Assembly: GCA_963699255.1 (NCBI GenBank)
Contig: OY969425.1
Span: forward strand, 1,530,001 to 1,562,000
Direction: 5' to 3'
From: an uncultured bacterium
GTDB taxonomy: Bacteria > Margulisbacteria > WOR-1 > CAVSGV01
Length of the DNA: 32,000 nt
In this document: positions 8,260 to 15,052 of the stretch, piece after piece
Layout of the letters: each line of letters opens with the position of its first letter
Position numbering within the stretch: position 1 is the stretch's first letter
The notes under the pieces: model-generated
What the model was told of the DNA's origin: nothing
What the model saw: the letters and a program-made list of their open reading frames with translations, nothing else
Database searches by the model: none
Made by a program: the position numbers and the translations under genes

Positions 8260-8685
8260 ATGAAGAGAAAAAAATCGGGTAAAGGAAAACTGGTAAAGGG
8301 ATATATTCCATCAATATCAAGAGATTTTCTTGAATTTTCTGTATTTAGGGACGAAATTGGGAAAATGCTCAAGGGGAATTCCGGCGTATATGTTTTATAC
8401 AAAAAGAATAAATTATATTATGTTGGTATAGCGGGCGACCTTTTCTGGAGATTGCATCAACACACTAAAGATAAACACAAAGATAATTGGGATAGGTTTA
8501 GTGTGTTTATTATTGCCAAAGGTAGTTATTTGAAAGACATTGAGAGCATGGTCCACCGTATTTCAGAAACAAAAGCTAATGTCGCAAAAGGAAAATTCAA
8601 GGCGCATTATGAATATGACAAAAAAATTAAAAATATTGTGAGAGAAATTTCTCGAAAGATAAGAAAAATCCAGAAATCCCAATAG
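8260..8685 (+). CDS. small GIY-YIG domain protein
   Basis: 141 aa. GVYVLYKKNKLYYVGIAGDLFWRLHQH matches the GIY..YIG..R pattern. An AAGGAGG sequence lies 5 nt upstream of the ATG. Confidence 0.6.
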   Translation: MKRKKSGKGKLVKGYIPSISRDFLEFSVFRDEIGKMLKGNSGVYVLYKKNKLYYVGIAGDLFWRLHQHTKDKHKDNWDRFSVFIIAKGSYLKDIESMVHRISETKANVAKGKFKAHYEYDKKIKNIVREISRKIRKIQKSQ

Positions 8686-8999
8686 AATCTTGTATAAAGA
8701 TGGTAAGAATTATTGCTTCTTGTCTTTATGAGTTAAAAGGCCTTTCCCAAGTATATTCTATCTTCCTTTTTACCTTCTTCCCTATACAAACCTACCCGGC
8801 GACTATCCTGAGTTTTGCGAAAGAAACGAAGGGCTTGTTTTGAAAAAGGCAAAGGGCTGCTTCGCCCCTCAGTTAAAGTTGTTTTCATCTCTATAATTGA
8901 ACTGACAAATTATTCCCTATTAAAAGGAGTTCGATCGCTTTATATTGCTGAAAGGGTTGGCAAATTATGGTATATTAAATTAATTGTAGCTGTGTTGAA

Positions 9000-9005
9000 T
9001 ATAAT
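9000..9005 (+). promoter_or_regulatory. candidate -10 box (TATAAT) 6 nt upstream of the OLD gene ATG; no SD
   Basis: The sequence reads TGTTGAATATAATGAATTTATG. Confidence 0.3.
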
Positions 9006-9011
9006 GAATTT

Positions 9012-10697
9012 ATGTATTTTAAGTCAATTCTAATAAAAGGTTATAAAGGATTTTCCGACACGGGAGAAATTCCACTACAAGTGCCTGATGGTACAACCCC
9101 GGGTAGTGGGCTCAATATATTAGCAGGAGAAAACGGCAGCGGAAAAACATCTCTACTAAAAGCAATCAGCTTTTTAACAATTAACAGCTTCTCTGGACAA
9201 AGTAGGATTTCATATTCGGATTTCTTTAATGGCCAAGATATTATTAGTATTATTGGGATTTTGGATGCCACTGTACGATATAAAATGCCCTCACCATGGA
9301 AAAAGGTGCTTGATATTAAAAAGTTCCAAATAGAAATAAAAAAACGCGAAAGAAAAACCCCAGGGAAATATTTATCGCCCCCTTTAACAATATCAAATAT
9401 TCTTGAGCCATCTACACGAAAACCAGAATGGTATAAGGAGGGAGAGATAGGCGATTTTTATCTGGGATTTGATAATGAAAGGTTTGATGATGATGAATTA
9501 AATGTATTTTATTGGGATGAAGATAGAAATAGACAATTAAAAAAAGGATTTTCAACAACCCTTACGCGAATTATTGACGACTTGAATTGGAAATATATTA
9601 AAGGTGCTAACAAAAGGGAGATATATTCTAAATGGGTTGAATTCTCTTCAAAAATAGTAGAAGGGGATATTGTGAAAGATATAAAAACTCTAATGAAAGA
9701 TGTGTTTGGCAGGGAAGATTTATCCAGTCTTAATCTTGAATTATTTAATTTGCAAGAGCCATTTTCGCAAGCATTTTTTGCGCTTTGCAAGGGACAAGAC
9801 TTATTACAAGTGCCCTTGAGTGATTTAGGGTCCGGCGTTGATTTTTTATTTTCAATATTATTTTTAATGGAAATGGCGAAAAAATCAAAAGGAACGATCG
9901 TTTATTGTATTGATGAACCAGAACTGTCTTTGCACCCCCAATGGCAAAAAATCCTTTTTGAGATATTAAAAGATGAGTCAAAAAGAAATCAAATATTTAT
10001 TGCTACACATTCTCCTTATTTTATTGATTTTCAGGTATTGCGAGGATTAAAAAAGCTTGATTATAGGAAAAGTGTAATTTCTATTAACTGTTTAAAGCCC
10101 GGTCAATTGACAGATCCTAAGATGCATGGCCTCTTTAGCTTAGAAAACCGTGAAATTCTTTTTTCAAGAGCAACAATATTGGTAGAAGGATGGGAAGATA
10201 GGAATAGAATTCGGAAATTCCTGCAATCCAATAACAATGATATTTTTGTAATTGATGGTTTACAGAATCTCGAGAGGATAAAGAGGGTGTGCAATGACCT
10301 TGGTATAAACTTTAAGGCAATTGTTGATCTTGACTATTTAAGGAATTATGAGGATATGCTACCCAAATTGGATAGTGATGATATTGAAGCATTGGAAGAA
10401 CTAAAACATTTAAGTTTAATAAAAGAAAGTGCTGTGCGCGATGAAAAGTTGAGCAAAGAAATCTCAAAGGTTATGGAAAAACTTAAAGAGGACAAATTAA
10501 AATTCATGGGGTCAAAAATAACTCTTGCGATGTCAAAAGATGCTGAATATCGAAAAAAAGTTCAAAAAAAGATTGAAGAGCTAAAATCACAAAGTATTTA
10601 TGTTTTGCCTGGGGGTATGATAGAAGATTATTTAAGTCCGGATGGTAAACCTATATCTGAAAAACTAGGCAAAGAATTATTCTCGATAATTTTCTGA
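9012..10697 (+). CDS. OLD-family nuclease (N-terminal ABC-type ATPase plus C-terminal TOPRIM/DUF4435-like domain)
   Basis: 561 aa. Walker A is GENGSGKTS, Walker B is IVYCIDEPELSLHP, and IFIATHSPYFI follows. The TOPRIM-like part reads ILVEGWEDRNRI...VIDG...AIVDLDYL and ...IYVLPGGMIEDYL. No helicase gene is adjacent. Confidence 0.75.
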   Translation: MYFKSILIKGYKGFSDTGEIPLQVPDGTTPGSGLNILAGENGSGKTSLLKAISFLTINSFSGQSRISYSDFFNGQDIISIIGILDATVRYKMPSPWKKVLDIKKFQIEIKKRERKTPGKYLSPPLTISNILEPSTRKPEWYKEGEIGDFYLGFDNERFDDDELNVFYWDEDRNRQLKKGFSTTLTRIIDDLNWKYIKGANKREIYSKWVEFSSKIVEGDIVKDIKTLMKDVFGREDLSSLNLELFNLQEPFSQAFFALCKGQDLLQVPLSDLGSGVDFLFSILFLMEMAKKSKGTIVYCIDEPELSLHPQWQKILFEILKDESKRNQIFIATHSPYFIDFQVLRGLKKLDYRKSVISINCLKPGQLTDPKMHGLFSLENREILFSRATILVEGWEDRNRIRKFLQSNNNDIFVIDGLQNLERIKRVCNDLGINFKAIVDLDYLRNYEDMLPKLDSDDIEALEELKHLSLIKESAVRDEKLSKEISKVMEKLKEDKLKFMGSKITLAMSKDAEYRKKVQKKIEELKSQSIYVLPGGMIEDYLSPDGKPISEKLGKELFSIIF

Positions 10698-10742
10698 GAA
10701 GGGGTTAGGATTAGTAAAACAAAAGAGGATAATTGTTTCAAT

Positions 10743-10788
10743 CCCTTGATATTACTTTCTACAAGATCGATGAAGGCTTGCGCCTGTT
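10743..10788 (-). pseudogene. orphan fragment homologous to the 3' end of CDS 15053..15514
   Basis: 39/46 nt are identical to 15066-15111 in my hand alignment. The fragment encodes ..KQAQAFIDLVESNIKGLK compared with EQAQAFIDLVESHIKEIKS*. An in-frame stop lies immediately upstream of the fragment. Confidence 0.7.
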
Positions 10789-10848
10789 TCTACCAAGAAG
10801 GGTAGGGCTTATTCCACAATCCTTATCGTCCAAAAATCATAGCAAAGT

Positions 10849-10920
10849 AGAGACTAGAAATTGGAGAGCAGAGACTGGAGAGCAGAGACTGGAGAGCAGA
10901 GACTGGAGAGCAGAGACCAG
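10849..10920 (+). repeat. tandem 14-mer GGAGAGCAGAGACT x4 (two heptamers per unit) plus one degenerate leading unit
   Basis: Perfect copies at 10863, 10877 and 10891; the fourth, at 10905, ends in C. Confidence 0.9.
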
Positions 10921-10995
10921 GGGCCAGTGGCTGTAGAATATTTACTATTATCCTTTCTTTCGCAAGAGTATAATCCGACGTTGAGGTGAGGGCAA

Positions 10996-11445
10996 ATGAA
11001 TGAAAAAGAATTTGTGGACCAATGCTTCTCCAACAAACTGCACGGCGTTCCCGACACTATAAGCTCTTTAACGAAAGTTGTTGATGATATTACCTATATG
11101 CTTACTACTCCGGGCCTGATAAATATAACCAGAGAAGATATAAAGGAGATCGCTGATTCAAGTAAACATCTACTGGGCATCTCTGCGGAAGCAAAAGGGA
11201 GATATCGCGCGGAAACGGTGGGGCATGAGCTGGTCTCTCATTACTCAAGCGCTTTCAGCACTAAAGCAGATAGCGCTATTTTCAATGTGACCGGCAGCTC
11301 GGACCTTACATTGTACGAGGTCAACGAAATAGCCGAACAGATCTATCGCGTGGTCCATCCCAGAGCCAATTTTGTTTTTAGCGCAATAATCGACGAGAGT
11401 AAGAAGGATTATCTGAAAACGACAGTGATATTAGGGAATAATTAG
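10996..11445 (+). CDS. FtsZ C-terminal-domain-only protein (lacks the N-terminal GTP-binding domain)
   Basis: 149 aa. ..TTPGLINITREDIKEI...GISAEAKGRYRAETVGHELVS....ADSAIFNVTGSSDLTLYEVNEIAEQIYRVVHPRANFVFSAIIDESKKDYLKTTVILG is collinear with E. coli FtsZ ..TRPGLMNVDFADVRTVM...GSGVASGEDRAEEAAEMAIS...ARGVLVNITAGFDLRLDEFETVGNTIRAF...ATVVIGTSLDP..DELRVTVVATG (from memory). An SD (GAGGTGAGGG) and a TATAAT box lie upstream. Confidence 0.65.
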   Translation: MNEKEFVDQCFSNKLHGVPDTISSLTKVVDDITYMLTTPGLINITREDIKEIADSSKHLLGISAEAKGRYRAETVGHELVSHYSSAFSTKADSAIFNVTGSSDLTLYEVNEIAEQIYRVVHPRANFVFSAIIDESKKDYLKTTVILGNN

Positions 11446-11623
11446 AGCAAAGGGAAGGAAGAAGGCAGAAGTAAGAAGTAAGAAGGCTGAAGGATGAAAG
11501 AAGAAGTAAAAAGAAGCGGGTAGCAGAAGAAGAGAAAAAAGGAGAAGGCGGAAGGGAAAAGGCAGAAGGAAGAAGTAAGAAAGAAGAAATAAGAAGGACG
11601 AAGTAAGAAGGCAGAAGGGGAAA
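11446..11623 (+). repeat. ~180-nt almost pure purine tract made of degenerate GAAGNNN heptamers
   Basis: For example GAAGGCG GAAGGGA AAAGGCA GAAGGAA GAAGTAA GAAAGAA GAAATAA GAAGGAC GAAGTAA GAAGGCA GAAGGGG. It forms the left arm of the inverted repeat around the four-helix-bundle gene. Confidence 0.85.
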
Positions 11624-11986
11624 TCATATAAGATGACTGGAAGGATTTGATTTGGCGGTCTTAAGAGAGGCGACGATTATCGAAGTTATCTCGTTTGCCT
11701 CATCCAGCAAGGGCCGGACCTTTTCAGCAGGGATAAGACAACTTTCAATTATTAACTCAAGCCAATAGATCGTCTCATCCGCCTCTTCCAAAACTATCCC
11801 AAGCTTTGCGATGAACTCGACTTTTGACCTCGCCCTTAAACAGGCCCTGTAATTAGCTCCAATTGATGTGGCCGACCTTATTATCTGTTTAGCAATGACA
11901 AAAGAGGTGGTGTTTTTTGGCAGATCATTGGTGAACTTGATTATCTTTAGCGCAAACCTCTTTGTCCGGTCTTTTATCGTCTCCAT
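11624..11986 (-). CDS. four-helix-bundle protein (23S rRNA intervening-sequence protein family, PF05635/TIGR02436-like)
   Basis: 120 aa. ..IIRSATSIGANYRACLRARSKVEFIAKLGIVLEEADETIYWLELI.. matches the family signature S.GANY.EA..R.S..DF..KL.I...E..ET.YWL.L. Confidence 0.85.
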   Translation of the reverse strand: METIKDRTKRFALKIIKFTNDLPKNTTSFVIAKQIIRSATSIGANYRACLRARSKVEFIAKLGIVLEEADETIYWLELIIESCLIPAEKVRPLLDEANEITSIIVASLKTAKSNPSSHLI

Positions 11987-12016
11987 GATCTCTTCTCCCT
12001 CATTCTCATTTCATAT

Positions 12017-12107
12017 TTCTAACTTCTAACTTCTAACTTCTAACTTCTAACTTCTAACTTCTAACTTCTAACTTCTAACTTCTAACTTCTAACTTCTTAT
12101 TTCTTAC
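12017..12107 (+). repeat. tandem heptamer TTCTAAC x11 perfect, then TTCTTAT and TTCTTAC
   Basis: Direct count from 12017 to 12093. The complement reads GAAGTTA, one mismatch per unit from the GAAGTAA units of 11446-11623. Confidence 0.95.
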
Positions 12108-12646
12108 TTTATAAACCCGATCTTGCTTGGCTTTCCTGTTTTCTCAATGGTCAACTTTCGAATATCTCGTACGAGCTCGCGAATGTCGCTATCATGCTTC
12201 AAAACTCGCTTTTCCAGCTGCTCGAACTTTACGGACAATTCCTTGCTGTTCGCCATTATTTGGCGAAGCCGTGAAAATGTCCTCATTATCAGTATGTTTA
12301 CATCTATTGCTCTTTGGCTGTTTAGGACAGATGACAGCATGAGGATCCCGTGTTCCGTAAAGGCATAGGGAAGATAGCGCCTGCCGCCATATTTTAAGGC
12401 CACAAATTGTGACCTTGAACTTGAGGTTGCAAAATGCAACCTCAAGTTTTCCGCTTCATCCCTGGTTAATTGGAACATAAAATCTTCAGGGAACCTTTTT
12501 ATGTTTCTCCTAATCTGTTGATTTAGATACTTTGTTAATACTCCATAGAGGCCTGCTAAATCCATATCCAGCATCACTTTTTGCCCGCGGATGACATATA
12601 TCTTATTTTCGATCAATTCGATCGGAACTATTTCCATTTCATTCAT
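12104..12646 (-). CDS. ORF6N (KilA-N-like) domain DNA-binding protein
   Basis: IRGQKVMLDMDLAGLYGV.TKYLNQQIRRNIKRFPEDFMFQL...RSQFVALKYGGRRYLPYAFTEHGILMLSSVLNS.RAI.VNI.IMR.F. I chose the start at M14 (12646) because AAGGAG lies 8 nt upstream. Confidence 0.8.
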   Translation of the reverse strand: MNEMEIVPIELIENKIYVIRGQKVMLDMDLAGLYGVLTKYLNQQIRRNIKRFPEDFMFQLTRDEAENLRLHFATSSSRSQFVALKYGGRRYLPYAFTEHGILMLSSVLNSQRAIDVNILIMRTFSRLRQIMANSKELSVKFEQLEKRVLKHDSDIRELVRDIRKLTIEKTGKPSKIGFIK

Positions 12647-12756
12647 GATAATTGCTCCTTTTACGATAGTATCAGCAATTAACATGCCAGGAAAGTGAAC
12701 TCAAGTATTTATATTTGTTGTTGGGGGATTCGACAGTTGTAGAGGATTAAGGCAGA

Positions 12757-12857
12757 GGAGGAGACCAGAGATCAGAGACCTGAGACCTGAGACAAGAGAC
12801 CAGAGACTAGAGACCTGAGACCCGAAATCTGATCTCCGGTCTCCAGTCTCTAATCTC
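12757..12857 (+). repeat. heptamer-built hairpin: (AGACNNG)x9 left arm, shorter complementary right arm CTGATCTCCGGTCTCCAGTCTCTAATCTC
   Basis: The sequence splits as AGACCAG AGATCAG AGACCTG AGACCTG AGACAAG AGACCAG AGACTAG AGACCTG AGACCCG / ATCTCCG GTCTCCA GTCTCTA ATCTCAT. The right arm resembles 14547-14576. Confidence 0.8.
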
Positions 12858-13626
12858 ATTCCACGATCCTAATCGTCCAGAAGTCATCAGCCAAATTCTC
12901 GTTCTCAAGGTATTCATATGGCAAAGTAAAATATCCCTTCATTCCCCAGCCGGGGCCCCAGGAATTCCGAACAATAAAAAACCGATTTTCATCGTCATAT
13001 CCGACAGCCATTACCGCATGCCCGCCTTCCATCCTTTCATCCGGCCCGGGCATACTTGCGTGCCCGGTCTTTGCCACGGCCTGGGTCATGAAACTCTCAT
13101 ACACGGAAAATCCGAACACGAACGGGTATCCCGACGCAATACAGCCTTTCATCTGGTTGGCGAGCCGGCTTACACGCTGGTATAAAACAACCTTGTGCTT
13201 CACGGCATTCTGATAGCACGATTCCGAAGGCTTCTGGGCGAATTTCGCGATATCATACTGCCATAACTTCTCGGGACAATCACCCTGCTTCCCCACACTC
13301 TTGATCCCATCCCTGATCTGCGCGCCGCTGTCGGAGCTGACGGAGTGCTCCATCACGCGCTCGTTATAGTAAATGAACAGGCGGGAAGGCATGAAGTATT
13401 TTTCCTTCTGCTTTATCTGCTCGAATTCCATCGCCGCAGCTATGGCGTTCGCCGTGCAGCTGCCCAGCTGGCCCTGATCGTATATATCAGGACATTGGGA
13501 GCGCAGATCGACTTTCGCCGGAAGCTTCGCGATCCATTCCAGAGGCGCAGCATACGAGTGATCCCGGCTGTCCGGGACATCCGGCAGCCAGCCGAAGGAT
13601 CTTATTAGTTTAGCTTCAGCGCTCAT
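12856..13626 (-). CDS. C1 (papain-like) cysteine peptidase, with no signal peptide or long propeptide
   Basis: 256 aa with DQGQLGSCTANA (catalytic Cys), GGHAVMAVGYDD (His) and VRNSWGPGWGMKGYF. Confidence 0.85.
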   Translation of the reverse strand: MSAEAKLIRSFGWLPDVPDSRDHSYAAPLEWIAKLPAKVDLRSQCPDIYDQGQLGSCTANAIAAAMEFEQIKQKEKYFMPSRLFIYYNERVMEHSVSSDSGAQIRDGIKSVGKQGDCPEKLWQYDIAKFAQKPSESCYQNAVKHKVVLYQRVSRLANQMKGCIASGYPFVFGFSVYESFMTQAVAKTGHASMPGPDERMEGGHAVMAVGYDDENRFFIVRNSWGPGWGMKGYFTLPYEYLENENLADDFWTIRIVE

Positions 13627-13683
13627 GTTTTTTCGGGGATATTATAAGCCTTTCTTGGGGAAGGAGACAAGGTCATTTGGAAA

Positions 13684-13783
13684 ATTAGGTGAGGGTTAGG
13701 AAGCCGGTATAGAAGTTAGGATTGGAAGTGCGTGGCCTAACATCTTAACCTAACCACCATACCGGTATCTTTACCTTCACCTA
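13684..13783 (+). repeat. long imperfect hairpin of the same family as 3817-3993
   Basis: The left arm 13684-13736 is the reverse complement of 3941-3993 (49/53). The right arm CCTAACCACCATACCGGTATCTTTACCTTCACCTAA pairs with it imperfectly. Confidence 0.75.
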
Positions 13784-13987
13784 ACAACCATTTTCAGAAT
13801 TGAACTGGTCACAATTTGTGACCGGTTGTCGAAATAGGCGACTATTGTCAGAAAACGCTACAAATACACATCAAATTTGGCTCAATTTACGTATGGTATA
13901 TTGGCAAAATAATTGCTGCTATTATCCTTAAGAGGATCCTTTTGGAAAGAGGTGGTGCCAATTTGGCACCACCTATCGGAGGCAAAT

Positions 13988-14516
13988 ATGTCAGATGCAC
14001 TCGTTACTCAAGAAACAATTGAAAGCAGAATACTCGTCATAAGAGGCCATAAGGTGATGATTGATAGAGATTTGGCGGAATTGTATGGAGTTTCGACTAA
14101 GAGATTGAATGAACAGGTAAAAAGGAACATTGAAAGATTCCCAGCAAACTTCATGTTTCAACTGTCAGAACAGGAAAAATTAGAGGTGGTCGCAATTTGC
14201 GACCACCTATCTGATCTCAGATTTTCACATCAATTACCCTATGCTTTTACCGAGCATGGGGTAGCCATGCTATCCAGCGTCTTAAATAGCGATAGGGCTG
14301 TCAAAATGAGCATATTTATCATCAATACTTTTATCCGCCTAAGACAGATACCTGTATAGCCATAAAGAATTATCAGAAAAACTGGATAAGGTCGAAGAAA
14401 GAGTGCTGCTTCATGATAAAGCGATAATTGCGATCGATCATGCGATATCAGAACTGTCCGCGCCTAAACCGGGCAAAGAAAAGAAAATAGGGTTTATTAA
14501 AGAGGGAGGAGAATAG
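13988..14516 (+). pseudogene. ORF6N domain gene, frameshifted near 14350-14360 (or a sequencing error)
   Basis: The ATG at 13988 follows GGAGG. IRGHKVMIDRDLAELYGVSTKRLNEQVKRNIERFPANFMFQL...LPYAFTEHGVAMLSSVLNSDRAV..IFIINTFIRLRQI is followed by a stop. Another frame then continues HKELSEKLDKVEERVLLHDKAI...KPGKEKKIGFIKEGGE*, which matches the tail of the 12104 paralog. The 529-nt length is not a multiple of 3. Confidence 0.75.
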
Positions 14517-14573
14517 AGACCTGAGATCAGAGAGTAAGAGATATTTAGTCTCTGGTCTCCGATCTCTAATCTC
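14515..14573 (+). repeat. heptamer-built hairpin AGAGACCTGAGATCAGAGAGTAAGAG / ATATTT / AGTCTCTGGTCTCCGATCTCTAATCTC
   Basis: Dyad symmetry is visible by eye. The right arm is similar to 12829-12857. Confidence 0.75.
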
Positions 14574-14590
14574 ATTGGAATAACGGAGGT

Positions 14591-15007
14591 TTATCTGGGT
14601 TTTATGGCCAGCCGAATATTCGGGATATCACTTAGAAAATGCGTGACCACGGCGATCGATATGGGCAGAAGATACGCGGGCCAGAAACGATAAGCCAAAA
14701 ACGGCAAAGCCAGGAATATAGCTATGTGACTTATCATGGCTAATTTTATTACTCCGGTATCGGTCAGCGTTTGCATGAACAGCTTGAACTCGGTGAATAT
14801 TCTTATAGGGTTATAGAATCTGCGGAATGAGGGGATGGAGACGCCCTTTATAGCGACCCAAAATACAACATCAATGTCTATTGCCGCTGAAACCGCGCCT
14901 GCGATCAACGCGCAGCTTGCTATTGCCGGATAGTTTTGCGGATATGCGACCGCAGCGACCGGGACCGCCGCAAGCGCGGATATCATAAAATGATCCTGAG
15001 GCAACAT
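14591..15007 (-). CDS. hypothetical integral membrane protein
   Basis: 138 aa with several hydrophobic segments and a C-terminal THFLSD. I am not confident of any family assignment. Confidence 0.5.
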   Translation of the reverse strand: MLPQDHFMISALAAVPVAAVAYPQNYPAIASCALIAGAVSAAIDIDVVFWVAIKGVSIPSFRRFYNPIRIFTEFKLFMQTLTDTGVIKLAMISHIAIFLALPFLAYRFWPAYLLPISIAVVTHFLSDIPNIRLAIKPR

Positions 15008-15052
15008 GGGTTTATTCTAACAAATTATGTCTATTGTGAAAAGTTGTAAGAG

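Noticed and set aside
8815-9033. 72-aa ORF in the AT-rich gap between the GIY-YIG and OLD genes
   Set aside because: It has a non-ATG start and no SD, it overlaps the OLD start, and it has an AT-driven composition. I considered a retron-like ncRNA here because OLD-type effectors accompany some retrons, but there is no reverse transcriptase gene and I saw no convincing inverted repeats.
6233-10735. Possible direct repeats flanking the AT-rich island (TAATAAAACAGGAGAAAAT at about 6233-6252 vs TAGTAAAACAAAAGAGGATAAT at about 10713-10735)
   Set aside because: The match needs gaps, is A-rich and low-complexity, and the left copy overlaps the SD and start region of the R gene. It is too weak to call an att site.
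11442-11627. 61-aa minus-strand ORF (MISPSAFLLRPSYFFFLTSSF...)
   Set aside because: It is simply the translation of the pyrimidine strand of the heptamer purine tract. The periodic low-complexity peptide has no start context.
12017-12107. Possible CRISPR array (also considered for 10849-10920 and 12757-12857)
   Set aside because: The units are 7 or 14 nt and directly abutting, with no spacers, and no cas genes are in the window. These are simple tandem repeats.
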